NCBI RefSeq assembly: GCF_009914755.1
Contig: NC_060926.1
Source of the DNA: the human T2T-CHM13v2.0 reference genome, Homo sapiens
Reading direction: 5' to 3' (one strand)
DNA length: 64,000 bases
In this document: piece after piece, positions 43,114 through 55,763 of the stretch
How positions within the stretch are numbered: the first letter of the stretch is position 1
Layout of the letters: every line of letters starts with the position of its first letter
Notes under the pieces: model-generated
Databases searched by the model: none
The model's input: only the letters and a program-made list of their open reading frames with translations
Told to the model about the DNA's origin: nothing
Made by a program: the position numbers and the translations under genes

Positions 43114-43474
43114 GGCTTTAGTCAGTTTGGACTGCTTTAAAGAATACCATAGACTAGATGGGTTAAGCAACAAACACTTATTTCTCACAGTTCTGAAGGC
43201 TGGAAAGTCCAAGATCAAAGTGCCAGCAGATTCACTGTCTGATGGAGTTCCACTTCCTGACTCAAATGACCATCTTCTTGCTGTATCCTCTCATACTGAA
43301 TGGGGCAAGGGAGTTCTCTAGGGTCTCTTTTATAAGGGTATTAATCCTACTCATGAAGGGTCATCCTCAAGACTTAGCTCCCAAAGACACCATCTTTTAC
43401 AATCATCACATTGTGGGTTAGGATTTCAAAATATGACTTCGGGTGGAGGGCACATAAACAGTCAATCCAGAACA
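43114..43474 (-). mobile_element. MaLR solo LTR (MLT1A/MSTD-like)
   Basis: ctcacagttctgaaggctggaaagtccaagatcaa. Perfect TSD TTGTA at 43109 and 43475. Confidence 0.85.
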
Positions 43475-44947
43475 TTGTAGAAGCCCTATTTCCAACTTTC
43501 TTCCCAGTTTATATAAGAAGCAAACGTAGGACCTAGAGCATGGACAGATCAACTGTGCTATCTTACACAATTGTATCTTACTCACTTCTTAGAAGAACTT
43601 CTCTAGATTACAGCCAGTCTGGCCTTGCTTCCTCTCTGAATGGGTCTTTTCCACCTAAATTTCTCTTGAAACTATTCTACCACCACAATTTCAATTGCTA
43701 GAACTAAAGAGTTTATTGCATTCTCTTTGTGACTTCCCAACGTTTTAGATACAAGGAAAGTTTTAGAAAAGTCCAAAGAGCAGATCTTCTTTTCACTTTT
43801 GCATCCCAGAACACAGCCATTGCATCTCAATTTACTGCCTGATTCCACATGACCTCATCTTCCATAAGCCCTCTGTTGAAGTTCCTTGTGTTTGCCTTTG
43901 GTTCCTTGTCTTTCAGGAGCATAAGGAACCTCAGAACATCCATTGTTATTACTATTTGGAAGTTCTAAGATTGACGATATTGTTTAATTGCAGATTTATA
44001 CCTAGCCCACCAAGCAGAGAGCAATGGAGTAACTACCAATTCATTTATTTTCATAATTTAGCTACATAGGATCATATGAGTTGCATTCTTCCTTTTCTTA
44101 CCCATTTTTTAGATTCTCAAAATTATGCCTTCTACCTAGTGAGAGAGAAGAAAAACTGCCTGAAGATATTTGACATAAAGTTATGGAATCTTTCATTAGA
44201 AACAGATGGTATAAGGAAAGTGTTATGTTTCATATCTGGGTATAATAGAAGTCAAGGTGTGCATCCAGGTTTCCTCCAAAATATGTAAAAATGTATCTAA
44301 GGAACTTCTTTCCTTCTTTGAGCCAAGACTAGGGGAGGTAAAACTTTTCATGTTCTGCCTCATTTAACTCTGAGGAAACACCTCCTGATTGATGTGGCAG
44401 TGTTTGTTTCATATTCCATCTGGTGTTCATTAATTACTGAGAGCATTAATGATGACTCGACAGCCATTTTGCAAAACAGTAAAGTAGAATATGGTCCACA
44501 GAATATTTAATGTTCTACACATTTATTTTATTCTGCCAATTTTGAACAGGTGGATCTATTATGCTTTTGGCTCTTCGTCTCATATGACTGACTCTCACTC
44601 TTACAACTTCCACAACTTCATGCGAACTGACTAAAAAGGTGCTTAATTAAATGTGTGCTTGGTAATTAGAGAGTTTTCACAAGCAAGTACAGATGGAGCA
44701 AATGTAATTGAATGGAGGAACATAGCAATTCAGTGAGCTTTTATATAGATGTGGAATAGTATGAGCAAGATAGTAGGAGAAGATCTTTGTAGAGGTTTAA
44801 CAGTAGAAGCTTTTTTGTCCCTCCCTAAAAATTTAACAGTTTTGAACCATTCAGATTTATACTCAAGGGGAAATGCCCTAATACATGGGGCAATTAGTAG
44901 GAAGAGCATATGGCCTAGTTTCCCTTGGACCATCTTAGTAAAAACTT

Positions 44948-45405
44948 TATAGCAGATGTTGTTGGTTTCCACCTATAATGCATTGGTGTTCACATTCAAG
45001 TCTATGTCTAAGACATCCCAAGACAAGTACTTGTGACTCTCTCTATAAGGCTTCCTCTAGGCTCAAAAGAATGGCAGGCCAGAATTGTGTAGTCGTTTAT
45101 GCTCTTGAGAGTGGCCCTTAGATGATAAAAGATGGACGTTGAGGGATAAATGACCCAGTTTCTTCTCTCTTTGGGGATACACATCTGGATTATGTTCTAG
45201 ATCAATTTTCAGAGTTTTTCAGCAGGATTGAGTCCCTGTTACCCACCGTGGTAACTGACTTGATATATAGCTATTATTGTGTTCTCTCCTTTTCTTGCCT
45301 TAGTTCCTCACTCTCATGCTAGTGCTTCCTGGGATAGTCTCCCAGATAAATGGCTTCTACTCAAATTCTTGCCCTCAAGTCTGCACCCAGGGGAAGACAG
45401 CCCAA
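44948..45405 (+). mobile_element. LTR16-family ERVL solo LTR
   Basis: cagcaggattgagtccctgttacccaccgtggtaac ... gcttcctgggatagtctcccagataaa ... ctcaagtctgc. Confidence 0.7.
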
Positions 45406-45599
45406 TGCTTGCTATTGCTGGGTAATTTTGAAGTTTCCTTTGTCTCTCAAAATTTCTCAGCTTAGATATAAAATAAATAGCATTCTAATCATTACATATC
45501 AGGATACACTCTTGTTAGACTCATCTAAAACTGTAGACAATTTTGTCCTCATTATTTCAAGATTTAGTTTTGAGTCAACAGTTTCAAAGAGTTCTCTAC

Positions 45600-45910
45600 T
45601 TCCTCTTTTTGCAGTCTTCCAGGAGACAGATAACTAGAGTATTCCAACACCCACAGACACCTCCAGGGAGTTCAACTTATTTCTCTCTGTGTGTTTCCAT
45701 AACATTTTATTCATACATCTGTGAACTGCATGCTTAGCAAAATTACAATGACAATTTGCATAACTGTCTTTTCCATGAGGTTATAGGTTTCTCTAGTTCT
45801 GAGGACCTTAGTTTATTTATCTTTTACTTTCCACAGTATAAATAAGTACCTGACATCTCTAATGATATCTACTCAATGAGTGAATAAGTAAATCAATGAA
45901 TAAATGAACT
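45600..45910 (+). mobile_element. L2 3' end
   Basis: gaggaccttagtttatttatc...cctgaca...tgaataagtaaatcaatgaataaatgaa. Confidence 0.6.
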
Positions 45911-45987
45911 GCATGCATAAATTCTAGGGTCTATTCCCTTGGAAATTAGGTCTGGATTTCTGAATCCAGGAAAGGATGTTTACTGGG

Positions 45988-48366
45988 TGATATGGTTTGG
46001 CTCTGTGAGCCCACCCAAATCTCATGTGGAATTGTAATCCCCACGTGTCAGGGGAGGTTCTGGGTGGGAGGTGATTGGATCATGGGGGTGGATTTCTCCC
46101 ATGCTGTTTTCATGACAATGAGTGAGTTCTCACAAAATCTGATGGTTTAAAAGTGTGGCACTTTTCCTCCCTTACACTTTCTCTCTCCTGACACTTTGTG
46201 AAGAAGGTGTTTGCTTTCTGTTTGTCATCCACCATGATTGTAAGCTTCCTGAGGCCTCCCAGTCATACTTCTTGTTAAGCATGCAGAACTGGGTCAATTA
46301 AACCTCTTTTCTTCATAAATTACCCAGTCTCAGGTAGTTCTTTACAACAGTGTGAAAACAGACTAATACAGAAAATTGGTACTGGGAGAGTGGGCAGTGC
46401 TATAAAGATACCTGAAAATGTGGAAATGACTTTGGATCTGGTTAACAGGCAGAGGCTGAATCAGTTTGGAGGGCTCAGAAGAAGACAGGAAGATGCAGGA
46501 GAGTTTGGAACTTCCGAGAGACTTGTTGAATGGTTTTTACCAAAATGCTGATAGCAATATGGACCACAAAATTGAGGCTAAAGTGGTCTCCGATGGAGAT
46601 GAGGAACTTATTGGGAGCTGGAGTAAAGGTCACTCTTGCTATGCTTTAGCAAAGAAACTAGCAGCATTTTGCCCCTGCCCTAGAGATCTGTGGGACTTTG
46701 AACTTGAGAGAGACGATTTAGGCTGTCTGGTAGAAGAAATTTCTAAGCAGCAAAGCAATCAAGATATGACCTGGCTGTTACTAACAACATACAGTCATAT
46801 GTGTTCACAAAGAGATGGGCTGAATTTGGAATTTATATTAAAAATGGAAGCAGAGCATGAAACTTTGGAAAATTTCCATCCTGATAAGAAAAGAAAAAAC
46901 CCATTTTCTGGGGAGAAATTCAAGCCACTGGCTGCAGAAATTTGTATAAGTAATGAGGATCCAAATGTTAACAGTCAAGGCAATGGAAAAAATGTCTCCA
47001 GGGCACTTCAGAGATCTTCACTGCAGCCCCTTCCATCACAGGCCTGGAGTCCTAGGAGGGAAAAACAGTTTCATAGGCCAGGCCCAGGGCCCTGCTGCTC
47101 TGTGTAGCCTCAGGACATGGCACCCAGCATCTCAGCAACTCAAGCACCAACCATGGCTAAAAGGAGACAAGATACAGCTTGGGCCATTGCTTCAGAGGGT
47201 GCAATCCCCAAGCCTTGGTAGCTTCCATGTTTTGTTGGACCTGTGGGTGTGCAGAAGGCAAGAGTTTGGAAACCTCCACCTAGATTTCAGAGGATGTATG
47301 GAAATGTCTGGATGTCCAGGCAGAAATCTGCTGCAGGGGCAGAACCTCTGCTAGGGCAATGCAGGGGGATATTTGGGGCTGGAGCCCCCACACAGAGTCC
47401 CCACTGGGGCACTACCTAGTGGCGCTGTGAGAAGAAGGTCACTGTTCTCTAGATCCCAGAATGGTCGATCCACTGACAGCTTGCGCTGTTCATCTGGAAA
47501 AGCTTCAGGCACTCAGCAACAGCCCATGAAAATAGCCAATGGGGCTATATTCTGCAGAGCCACAGGGGTTGAGCTGCCGTCCAAGGCCCTGGGAGAGTGC
47601 TCTTGCATGCTCTTGCATCAGCATGTCTTGGATGTAAGATATGGAGCCAAAGGAAGTTATTTTGGAGCTCTAAGATTTAATAACTTCTCTGCTAGGTTTT
47701 GGACTTGTGTGGGACCTGTGGCCCCTTTGTTTTGGCCAATTTCTCCCATTTGCAAGGGGAGAACTTACCCAATGCCTGTACCCCCCATCGTATCTTGGAA
47801 GTAATTAACTTTTTGATTTTACAGGATCATAGGCAAAAGGGATATGCCTTGACTCAGATGAGACTTTGGACTTGAACTTTTGAGTTAATGCTGGAATGTG
47901 TTAAGACTTTGGGGGACAGTTGAGAAGGGATACTTGAATTTTGCAATGTGAGAAGAAAATGAGATTTGGGAGGGTCCAGGGACCAGGGGTGGAATGATAT
48001 GATTTGGCTCTCTGTCCCCACCCAAATTTCAGATGAAATTGTAATCCCCATGTATCAGAGGCAAGACATGGTGGGAGGTGATTGGATCATAGGAGCAGAT
48101 TTCACCCATGCAGTTTTGTGATAGTGAGTGAGTTCTCAGGAGATCTGATGGTTTAAAAGTGTGGTTCTTCCCCTACCCCTCCTGCCATCTTGTGAAGAAG
48201 GTGCTTGCTTCCCTTTCACCTCCCACCATGATGGTAGGTTTCCTGAGGCTTCTCAGTCATGCTTCCTGTTAAGGCTGTGGAACTGTCAGTCAATTAAACC
48301 TCTTTTCTTCATAAATTACCCAGTCTCAGGCAATTCTTTACGGCAGTGAAAATGCTGGGTAATACA
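45988..48366 (+). mobile_element. Complete THE1D MaLR provirus (LTRs 45988-46370 and 47995-48366)
   Basis: Paired LTRs tgatat..tttggctct...taataca around a ~1.6 kb internal region. Perfect TSD CTGGG at 45983 and 48367. Confidence 0.93.
46466..47107 (+). pseudogene. MaLR internal gag-derived ORF remnant
   Basis: LEGSEEDRKM.ESLELPRDLLNG...GHSCYALAKKLAAFCPCPRDLW.FELERDDLG is the typical MaLR ORF. In-frame TGA just upstream; first ATG at 46493. Confidence 0.75.
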
Positions 48367-49158
48367 CTGGGTAACAAAGCCATGTGTTCCTGTCATAAAG
48401 GCATCTTCCGTTGCAGGAAAGAAGTTGCAGAAATAACTGTGGTTCATATATTGAGTAATATCAAACTTTTCTCTTTGTTAACTCACTAGGTCAGAGATTA
48501 GCACTTGAAGAAAAAAGATTCTCTAAAAGCACATAGGAGTCCAATTGACCCAAAAATAGCTTTCAGTAAAATTCCACCCATTAGGATTGCTTGGCATTTA
48601 CATGGTGATTAAACATTTTGTCAGTTCCACTCTTCTGGAAATGAATTCCTAACTAAAAAAAAGAAGGCAATAAGTATACATATAATGTGACCCTTGAAGA
48701 ATCCTGAGGCATTTATCCAGTTTCCCATGAGACCTGCAGTATATCTGCCATATATCTTGGAAGTACTGGAAGCCTAAAACATTATCTACATGAAACATTG
48801 AAGTGCTTTGTCTCTCTACATTTTTCAGTATCTTTGAAAAAGCAATTTTACCAAACGCAACATTTTATGCCTCTTGCTTGCAAATCTTAAAGAACCAAAC
48901 AAATGCACATAAATGAGTGGATAAATAAGTTGGGGCCAAAGCAAAAGATCATCGTGTAAAAATAAGCAGTGCATAGGAGCAGGAAGATCAACCTTTGGAA
49001 TAAGTTCTTTCAGCCTCTTTTGTTTTCTGACTTTACATCTGGCTGCTGTGACCCTCAGATTTCAGCTTTTGTTACCTGGTATCTGTAGATGTCTTGGCTC
49101 ACTTCCTTTAGAAGGAACTGGGGAATAATGAGTCTATTCCTAGTCTGCTTTGGGATTA

Positions 49159-49888
49159 CAAAACTACCCTAGCAGAAGCAGTGAGAGAAGTCCAGCATAG
49201 CTGACCCCATCTTGCTTTGAGCCTCATAGTCTGACTGTCCTTGCTCATTCCTGGGCATAGGCCCAGATAACCATGGAAGGAATTTAGTTTACAGTTTAAC
49301 TTTGAAGAAAGGATAATAGTCACTATCTAAAACTGACCCTTCTTGTTCAGGGACTGTAACCACTGCAAGATTAGGATTATGAGAAGAACCTGAATTTTGC
49401 TGAAATGTAAACATAGCTTGCCCTTCTGTAATCATTTACTATGCTGGAGGTTACAAGATTTGTGACTTCCCAAATTGCTTCTACAGGTAACATCACTATT
49501 GTAGAACCTAAGATTTGTCTTTTGAGATGTTTTTCAGACTTTTGTATTCTGGGGACAGCCTGACTCCACCTATACCCATGATGCATGACTCAACAGGTCC
49601 TGTGACCCCACCCAGAGGCAGACTAAGAGCACAAGGACATTTTCCAGACCCCTAGGATTTCATCCACAACCAATCAGCAGCACCCATTCCCTAATCCCAT
49701 GCCCACAAAATCATCCCTAAAATCCTTAGTCTCTGAATTCTCAGAGAGGCTGACTTGAGTAATAAACTCTGCCTTCTTCTTGGCTAGCCCTGTGCTAATT
49801 AACCTCTTTTCTTGATGCAAAAACCTTCTGTTCTCAGTGCATTGACTTTTCTGGGAAGCAGGCAAGATGAACCCATTGGGTTATTACA
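49159..49888 (+). mobile_element. LTR8A solo LTR
   Basis: Colinear with 27051-27835. Ends cccattgggttattaca. 4-bp TSD ATTA at 49155 and 49889. Confidence 0.88.
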
Positions 49889-50624
49889 ATTATACTAAGG
49901 ACCCCAGGATACAGAGCACCTTTTAAACTCAAGACAGGGTGACTTAAACAAAGAAAGCAGGAACCATGCAATAGACTATCTAGTCAGGGGCATGTGGCAA
50001 GATCTGCAGCCCTCTCCTGGGACATGCAGAGAGTGATACTTCTCCAGAACTGCTGGGGCTTACTGACATCTATGATGCAACTTTCCGTTAAAGCACAGCA
50101 GAAATTTTCCTATTTTGAAACTCAACTTTCTCAGATGTAAAATGATCCCAGAAGTCATCCCAGCCAGGCTTTATCTTGGCAAAGAAACAACTACAACAAT
50201 CAAAAGCTAAAAGTCAAGAACAAAACTTGGAAAAAATCAACACCCTAATTATGTACAGCATTCTAGAAAATTTCAAATCGTTTCTCTGTTATCACATTAT
50301 ATTTGATTATCACAATGCATCTATTAGGTGGGAAAGAAAATGAAGATCCTGAGATACAGGATAGGTAAGCCATTCTGCTAGTTATTGGTTAAGTCAGAAC
50401 ACAAGTTCTTTATGATCTCACTATACTTAGAGCACATCTGCAGGTATAACCATTGTTGATCTCCCCGGCTCCTTCAGAGACAACTCCTTCCTTAATCTAC
50501 TTCCCTCAGGCTATAAGAACGAACACCTACTCTAAGTCTGGGTAATTATTATATCACTCTTGCTGAACAAAAGTGATTGGTCGAAGAGGTAGACGTTACC
50601 TTTTTTGTTTGTTGTCTTTCAGCT

Positions 50625-51961
50625 TCTGAAAGGAAAATAAAATCTCGGGACCCCAAACTCACTATGCCAAAGGGAAAAGTTAAGCTTTGGAACTGAGTCA
50701 TGCAAAAAACAAAAACAGAAACAAAACAAAACAAAACAAAAACCTGCCTTCCTTTTGTTCCCAAATAGATAGCTATAATTTCGTATGCTTACTTTATCTT
50801 ATGTAAAATGTAGATTTACAAAGCATAAGACAGGTACGTAATTGACTTGTTCCCCACTACTCTCTTTTCACCTCTAAAATGTGGATTTCTCATTGCCTAA
50901 CATCTCCCTTTTTTTCTTTCCTTCTTCCCCTCCTTTCCAATCTTTCCCTTTAAATACTGAAGTCCATCATGAACAGACACTTTTCAAAAGAAAACATACA
51001 TGTGGCCAAAAGTATATGAAAAAATGCTCAACATTGCTAATCATTAGGAAAGTGCAAATCAAAATCATTATGAGATACCATCTCACACCAATCAGAATGG
51101 CCATTATTAAAAAGTCAAAGAATAACAGATGTTGGCAAGGTTGTGGAGAAAAAGGAAAACTTACACACGGCTGGTGGCAATGGAAGTCAGTTAAGCCAAT
51201 GTGAAAAGTAGCTGGACTGTTTTTGAAAGAACTTTAAACAGAACTATCATTCAACCCAGCAATCCCATAACTGGTTATGTACCCAAAGGAATACAAATTG
51301 TTCTACCACAAAGACACACATATGCATATGTTCACTGTAGCATTATTCACAATAGCAAAGATATGGATTCAACTGAAATGCCCATCAATGGTAAACTGGA
51401 TAAAGAAAATGTGATACATATGCACCATGGAATACTATACAGCAATGAGATCATGTCCTTTGCAGGAACATGAATGGAGCTGGAGATCATTATCCTTAGC
51501 AAACTAATTCAGGAACAGAAAACCAAATAGTGCATGTTCTCACTTATAAGTGGGAGTTAAATAATGAGAATACATGGAAACAAAAAAGGTACCAAGAGAC
51601 ACTGGGTCCTACTTGAGGGTGGAGTGTGGGAAGAGGGAGAGGATCAGAAAAAATACCTATTGGGTACCATGCTTGGTACCTGTGTGACGAAATCATCTGT
51701 ATGTACATCAAACCTCCATAACATAAGTTACCTATATAACAAATCTGCACATCTACTCCTGAACCTAAAATAAAAGTTAAAAGGAAAGAAATGAATAAGT
51801 AAATAAATAAATATTGAAGTCCTCAAAACCTTATTTTGAAAAAAGCACAGGCCACAGATCCTACTTTAATTTGTGTTTCTTTTTCCCAGGCATGTTCTCA
51901 AACTTGGCAAAATAAATTTCTTAATTAATTGAGATCAGTCTCAGACACTTTTTGGTTTACA
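50625..51961 (+). mobile_element. MER4-family ERV1 solo LTR split by an L1
   Basis: tgaaaggaaaataaaatctcgggaccccaaactcact ... cagacactttttggtttaca. TSD agct / agtt. Confidence 0.82.
50966..51808 (+). mobile_element. 5'-truncated L1 (L1PA13-15 type)
   Basis: ORF2 end plus 3' UTR and A tail. TSD aaatactgaagtcc (50952) / aaatattgaagtcc (51809). Confidence 0.92.
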
Positions 51962-52146
51962 AGTTCATAATTTTTTAACTAGTTTTTTGTTTGTTTGTTG
52001 TTTGTTTGTTTGTTTGTTTTGCTATGCAGATGTGGAAAGAATGAAGTCACCATTTCACTGGGATCGCTAAACTGGTGGTATCAATCTTGAGCTGTTAAGG
52101 GTGTCTGCCAAGCTGTTGGAGGAAATACATCTTTAAAATCTATTTT

Positions 52147-52368
52147 ATTTCATTTTATTTTTTATTACTATAAGTTCTAGGGTAGATGTGCACAACGTGC
52201 AGGTTTGTTACATATGTATACATGTGCCATGTTGGTGTGCTGCACCCGTTAACTCATCATTTACATTAGGTATATCTCCTAACGCTATCCGTACCACCCA
52301 CCCCACCCCATGACAGGCCCTGGTGTGTGATGTTCGCCACCCTGTGTCCAGGTGTTCTCATTGTTCAA
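52147..52368 (-). mobile_element. L1PA5-type 3' UTR plus poly(A), inverted arm of a compound insertion
   Basis: T-rich tail then taagttctagggtagatgtgcacaacgtgcaggtttgttacatatgtatacatg ... ctcattgttcaa. Confidence 0.93.
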
Positions 52369-53235
52369 AAGAACTTAAACAAATTTACAAGAAAAAATCA
52401 AACAACCCCATCAAAAAGTGGGTGAAGGATATGAACAGACACTTCTCAAAAGAAGACATTTATGCAGCCAACAGACACATGAAAAATGCTCATCATCACT
52501 GGCCATCAGAGAAATGCAAATCAAAACCACAATGAGATACCATCTCACACCAGTTAGAATGGCCATCATTAAAAAGTCAAGAAACAACGGGTTCTGGAGA
52601 GGATGTGGAGAAATAGGAACACTTTTACACTGTTGGTGGGACTGTAAACTAGTTCAACCATTGTGGAAGACAGTGTGGGGATTCCTCAAGGACCTAGAAC
52701 TAGAAATATCATTTGACCCAGTCATCCCATTACTGGGTATATACCCAAAGGATTATAAATCATGCTGTTATAAAGACACATGCACACGTATGCTTATTGC
52801 GGCACTATTCACAATAGCAAAGACTTGGAACCAACCCAAACGTACATCAACGATAGACTGGATTAAGAAAATGTGGCACATATACACCATGGAATACTAT
52901 GCAGCCATAAAAAAGGATGAGTTCATGTCCTTTGTAGGGACATGGATGAAGCTGGAAACCATCATTCTGAGCAAACTATCTCAAGGACAGAAAACCAAAC
53001 ACCACATGTTCTCACTCATAGGTGGGAATTGAACACTTGGACACAGGGTGGGGAACATCATACACCGGGGCCTGTTGTGGGGTAGTGGGAGGGAGGAGGG
53101 ATAGCATTAGGAGATATACCTCATGTAAATGACAAGTTAATGGGTGCAGCACACCAACATGGCACATGTATACATATGTAACAAACCTGCACGTTGTGCA
53201 CATGTACCCTAGAACTTAAAGTATAATAATAATAA
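52369..53235 (+). mobile_element. L1PA5-type 3' fragment (ORF2 end, 3' UTR, tail)
   Basis: Region encoding the ORF2 C-terminus (ORF 52418..53032: [24 protein letters not shown]). Ends agaacttaaagtataataataataaaa. Confidence 0.95.
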
Positions 53236-54377
53236 AAAATCTATTTTAAGAAACATAAAAGAAAAATAAAAAGAAGAACAAAAATGGGATTTGAATTTCC
53301 ATGTTAGCCTGTGAAGTGAGGCCTTCATTCTTGCATCTCTATCTTAGCCCGGGTATCGTTTCTTACTTCCTAAACCAATAAATGCTCCCATGTGTCTTTA
53401 AGTTGCTTTGAGTGGTGTTGTTCTCCCTTGCAACCTTTGACCTATTATGAAGATAAATAACGGATGCTGGCAAGGTGGTGGAGAAAAGGGAACACTTACA
53501 CGCTTCCAGTTAGAACACTCTTCTAGTTAGAATACAAATATGGCTCAACCAGCCCTAAGATTATGAGGCTTAAAAACGGAGATTAGATGAGTGAATTTAG
53601 CCAGAAAATGAAGAAGTCAGAGTTGCTAGAGGGAAATAAAAGGTGTATATATGCCAGGGAAGGGAGTTCCAAGGACACGCAGGAGAGGTAGAGAGAAAGG
53701 AAGTTGGGGAAGATAGAGCTGGGGTAGAGGTTGAGGAATGTTTTAGCTTCAAAGGTTTTAGAATATACCCCAGGTCAGGAAATAGTCTAATGCACACAAC
53801 TTGGTCAGCTCACCCAATTCATCATCTGATGGCTATGCTAGTTCATAAATACTCAGTAACCAAGGTCTCTGCCTCTTTGCTTGTAATTCTGACTGTTGCT
53901 CTCTGTTAGCCAGCCTCAGTGCTATCTTTGGTTTACTATTAAAATGCTTCTCCTTGGACAGGGGTAACAACCAGTCTTATTTAACATTACAATCCTATGC
54001 AAAACTCCAGAGCATGCATAAACCTGATTTCTTAAGAAAGCACAAGGCTTATGTAAATCCTATTAAAGAAGCCAAGAAATTAAAGACTCAGCAAAATAGG
54101 GATTATCATATTTTGTACTCATTTAAGCATTCATAGATTTAGGGAGGGGTTGAGTGAAGCATAGAAAGTCAGATACCTTGATACAAAGCCTACTTTTGTC
54201 ACAAAACATTGTGACATGTTTTTTTAAAAGCCTGTTTTGAAAACATGTCAGTTCTGAAGCTGGTTTGGTAAGTAGTCTTCATATTAATCATCAGTTCAGA
54301 GATCCTTGGGCCAGAAAGCCCTGGAGTTGTAATCTAATCTTTGCTACCTTAGAGAACACCAATTTAATCCTACCAGG

Positions 54378-54378
54378 T

Positions 54379-54417
<39 letters not shown>

Positions 54418-54420
54418 TTT
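54378..54420 (+). repeat. (TTTA)n microsatellite
   Basis: Seen directly. Confidence 0.9.
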
Positions 54421-55631
54421 GCTAGTCACTGTGATAGCTTTTGAATATACTATGGAACACAAATCATAGTCCACAATGTCATAGAACTGCAAGTCTAATG
54501 GGAAGGAAGACAGGCAAGTAATAATGACAATATGAGGAGACACTAATGAGGAGGAAGCTTAGGGAACAGGTTAAGTTGTAGCAGGAAGCCTAACTAATCT
54601 AGGGGCAAAGAAGACTTTCCTTTCAAAATTGATGTTTAAGCCAAGACTGTAGGAACAAGTAAGATTAGCCAAGTACAAGTGGCTCTAGAGAGTGTTTTAC
54701 GCAGCAAGAAAAGTGTGCGTGAAGAACAAGAAAAGAAGGGGAGCACTGAGCCTGGCGGAACCACAATCTGTCCATTATGGTTTGCATGTAATGGTGCAGC
54801 AAGAGGACACTGGGGGGAGATGGAGCTAGCTAGTAACTATCATAAATAGGTACTAAAAAATATTGAAACAGTTGATGTCTAGGATCAGACCAGTGTTCTA
54901 TTAGGAGAATCATATTCCAACTTCAAGGTTTTCTCACTCAGCAACTCATTATCTGGTTACCAGGAGCCAGACTGTGGAAGGCCTTGTAAACTGTTTTAAG
55001 AAATTTGGATTTTGTGTTTGAAGTTTCTTTGAGATAGCTATGTATCCGACCACCCACACATCCACTTGCTTATTTCACAGGTACTTATTATGCTTCTATT
55101 ACATGGCAGGCATTGAGGCAGGAATTAGCTTTAAATTAGAGAATAAACTAGACACACTTCCTAACTGTGAAATTTATAGAGAACATGGAGAAATGAACAA
55201 TAAACAACTAAAGAAACAAACATGTGATATGACTTATTGGTACAATAAAGGAAACAAATTTCATATAATGATAGAAGATAATGGAAATTCACTCATGTAC
55301 ATAAGGTGGTGTGAATGGTTTCTCTAGGGAAATATAATTTATGATGATAAATGAAGGGTAAGAAGACAGAAGCCTTGTGAAGAAGATTCTAGGCAAAATG
55401 ACACCTCTGTGAAGACCCAAAGGCAAAAATATCTTGAGATGTTTAAGGAAATAAATACAGCTACTGTGATTTAGATGGAGAGGGAAACAGAGAGTGGTTC
55501 AAGGTGAATTTAAAGGTTTACCAGGTTAGACAGGGAATTTGTAGACAATATCAGTGAGTTTGGATTTTATCTGAACAGCAAGAAGAAACCATTGAAAGTT
55601 TAAACAGAAAGTAGTGGCCATGGTACTATAA

Positions 55632-55718
55632 AGGTTGGGTTCTGGTGAGGACCCTCTTCCTGACTTGCAGGTGGATACCTTCTCACTGTGTTCTCACATG
55701 GCCTTTCCTTGTGCACAC

Positions 55719-55763
<45 letters not shown>

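Noticed and set aside
52418-53032. 204-aa ORF
   Set aside because: It is the L1 ORF2 C-terminal region running into the 3' UTR of a 5'-truncated copy, not a host gene.
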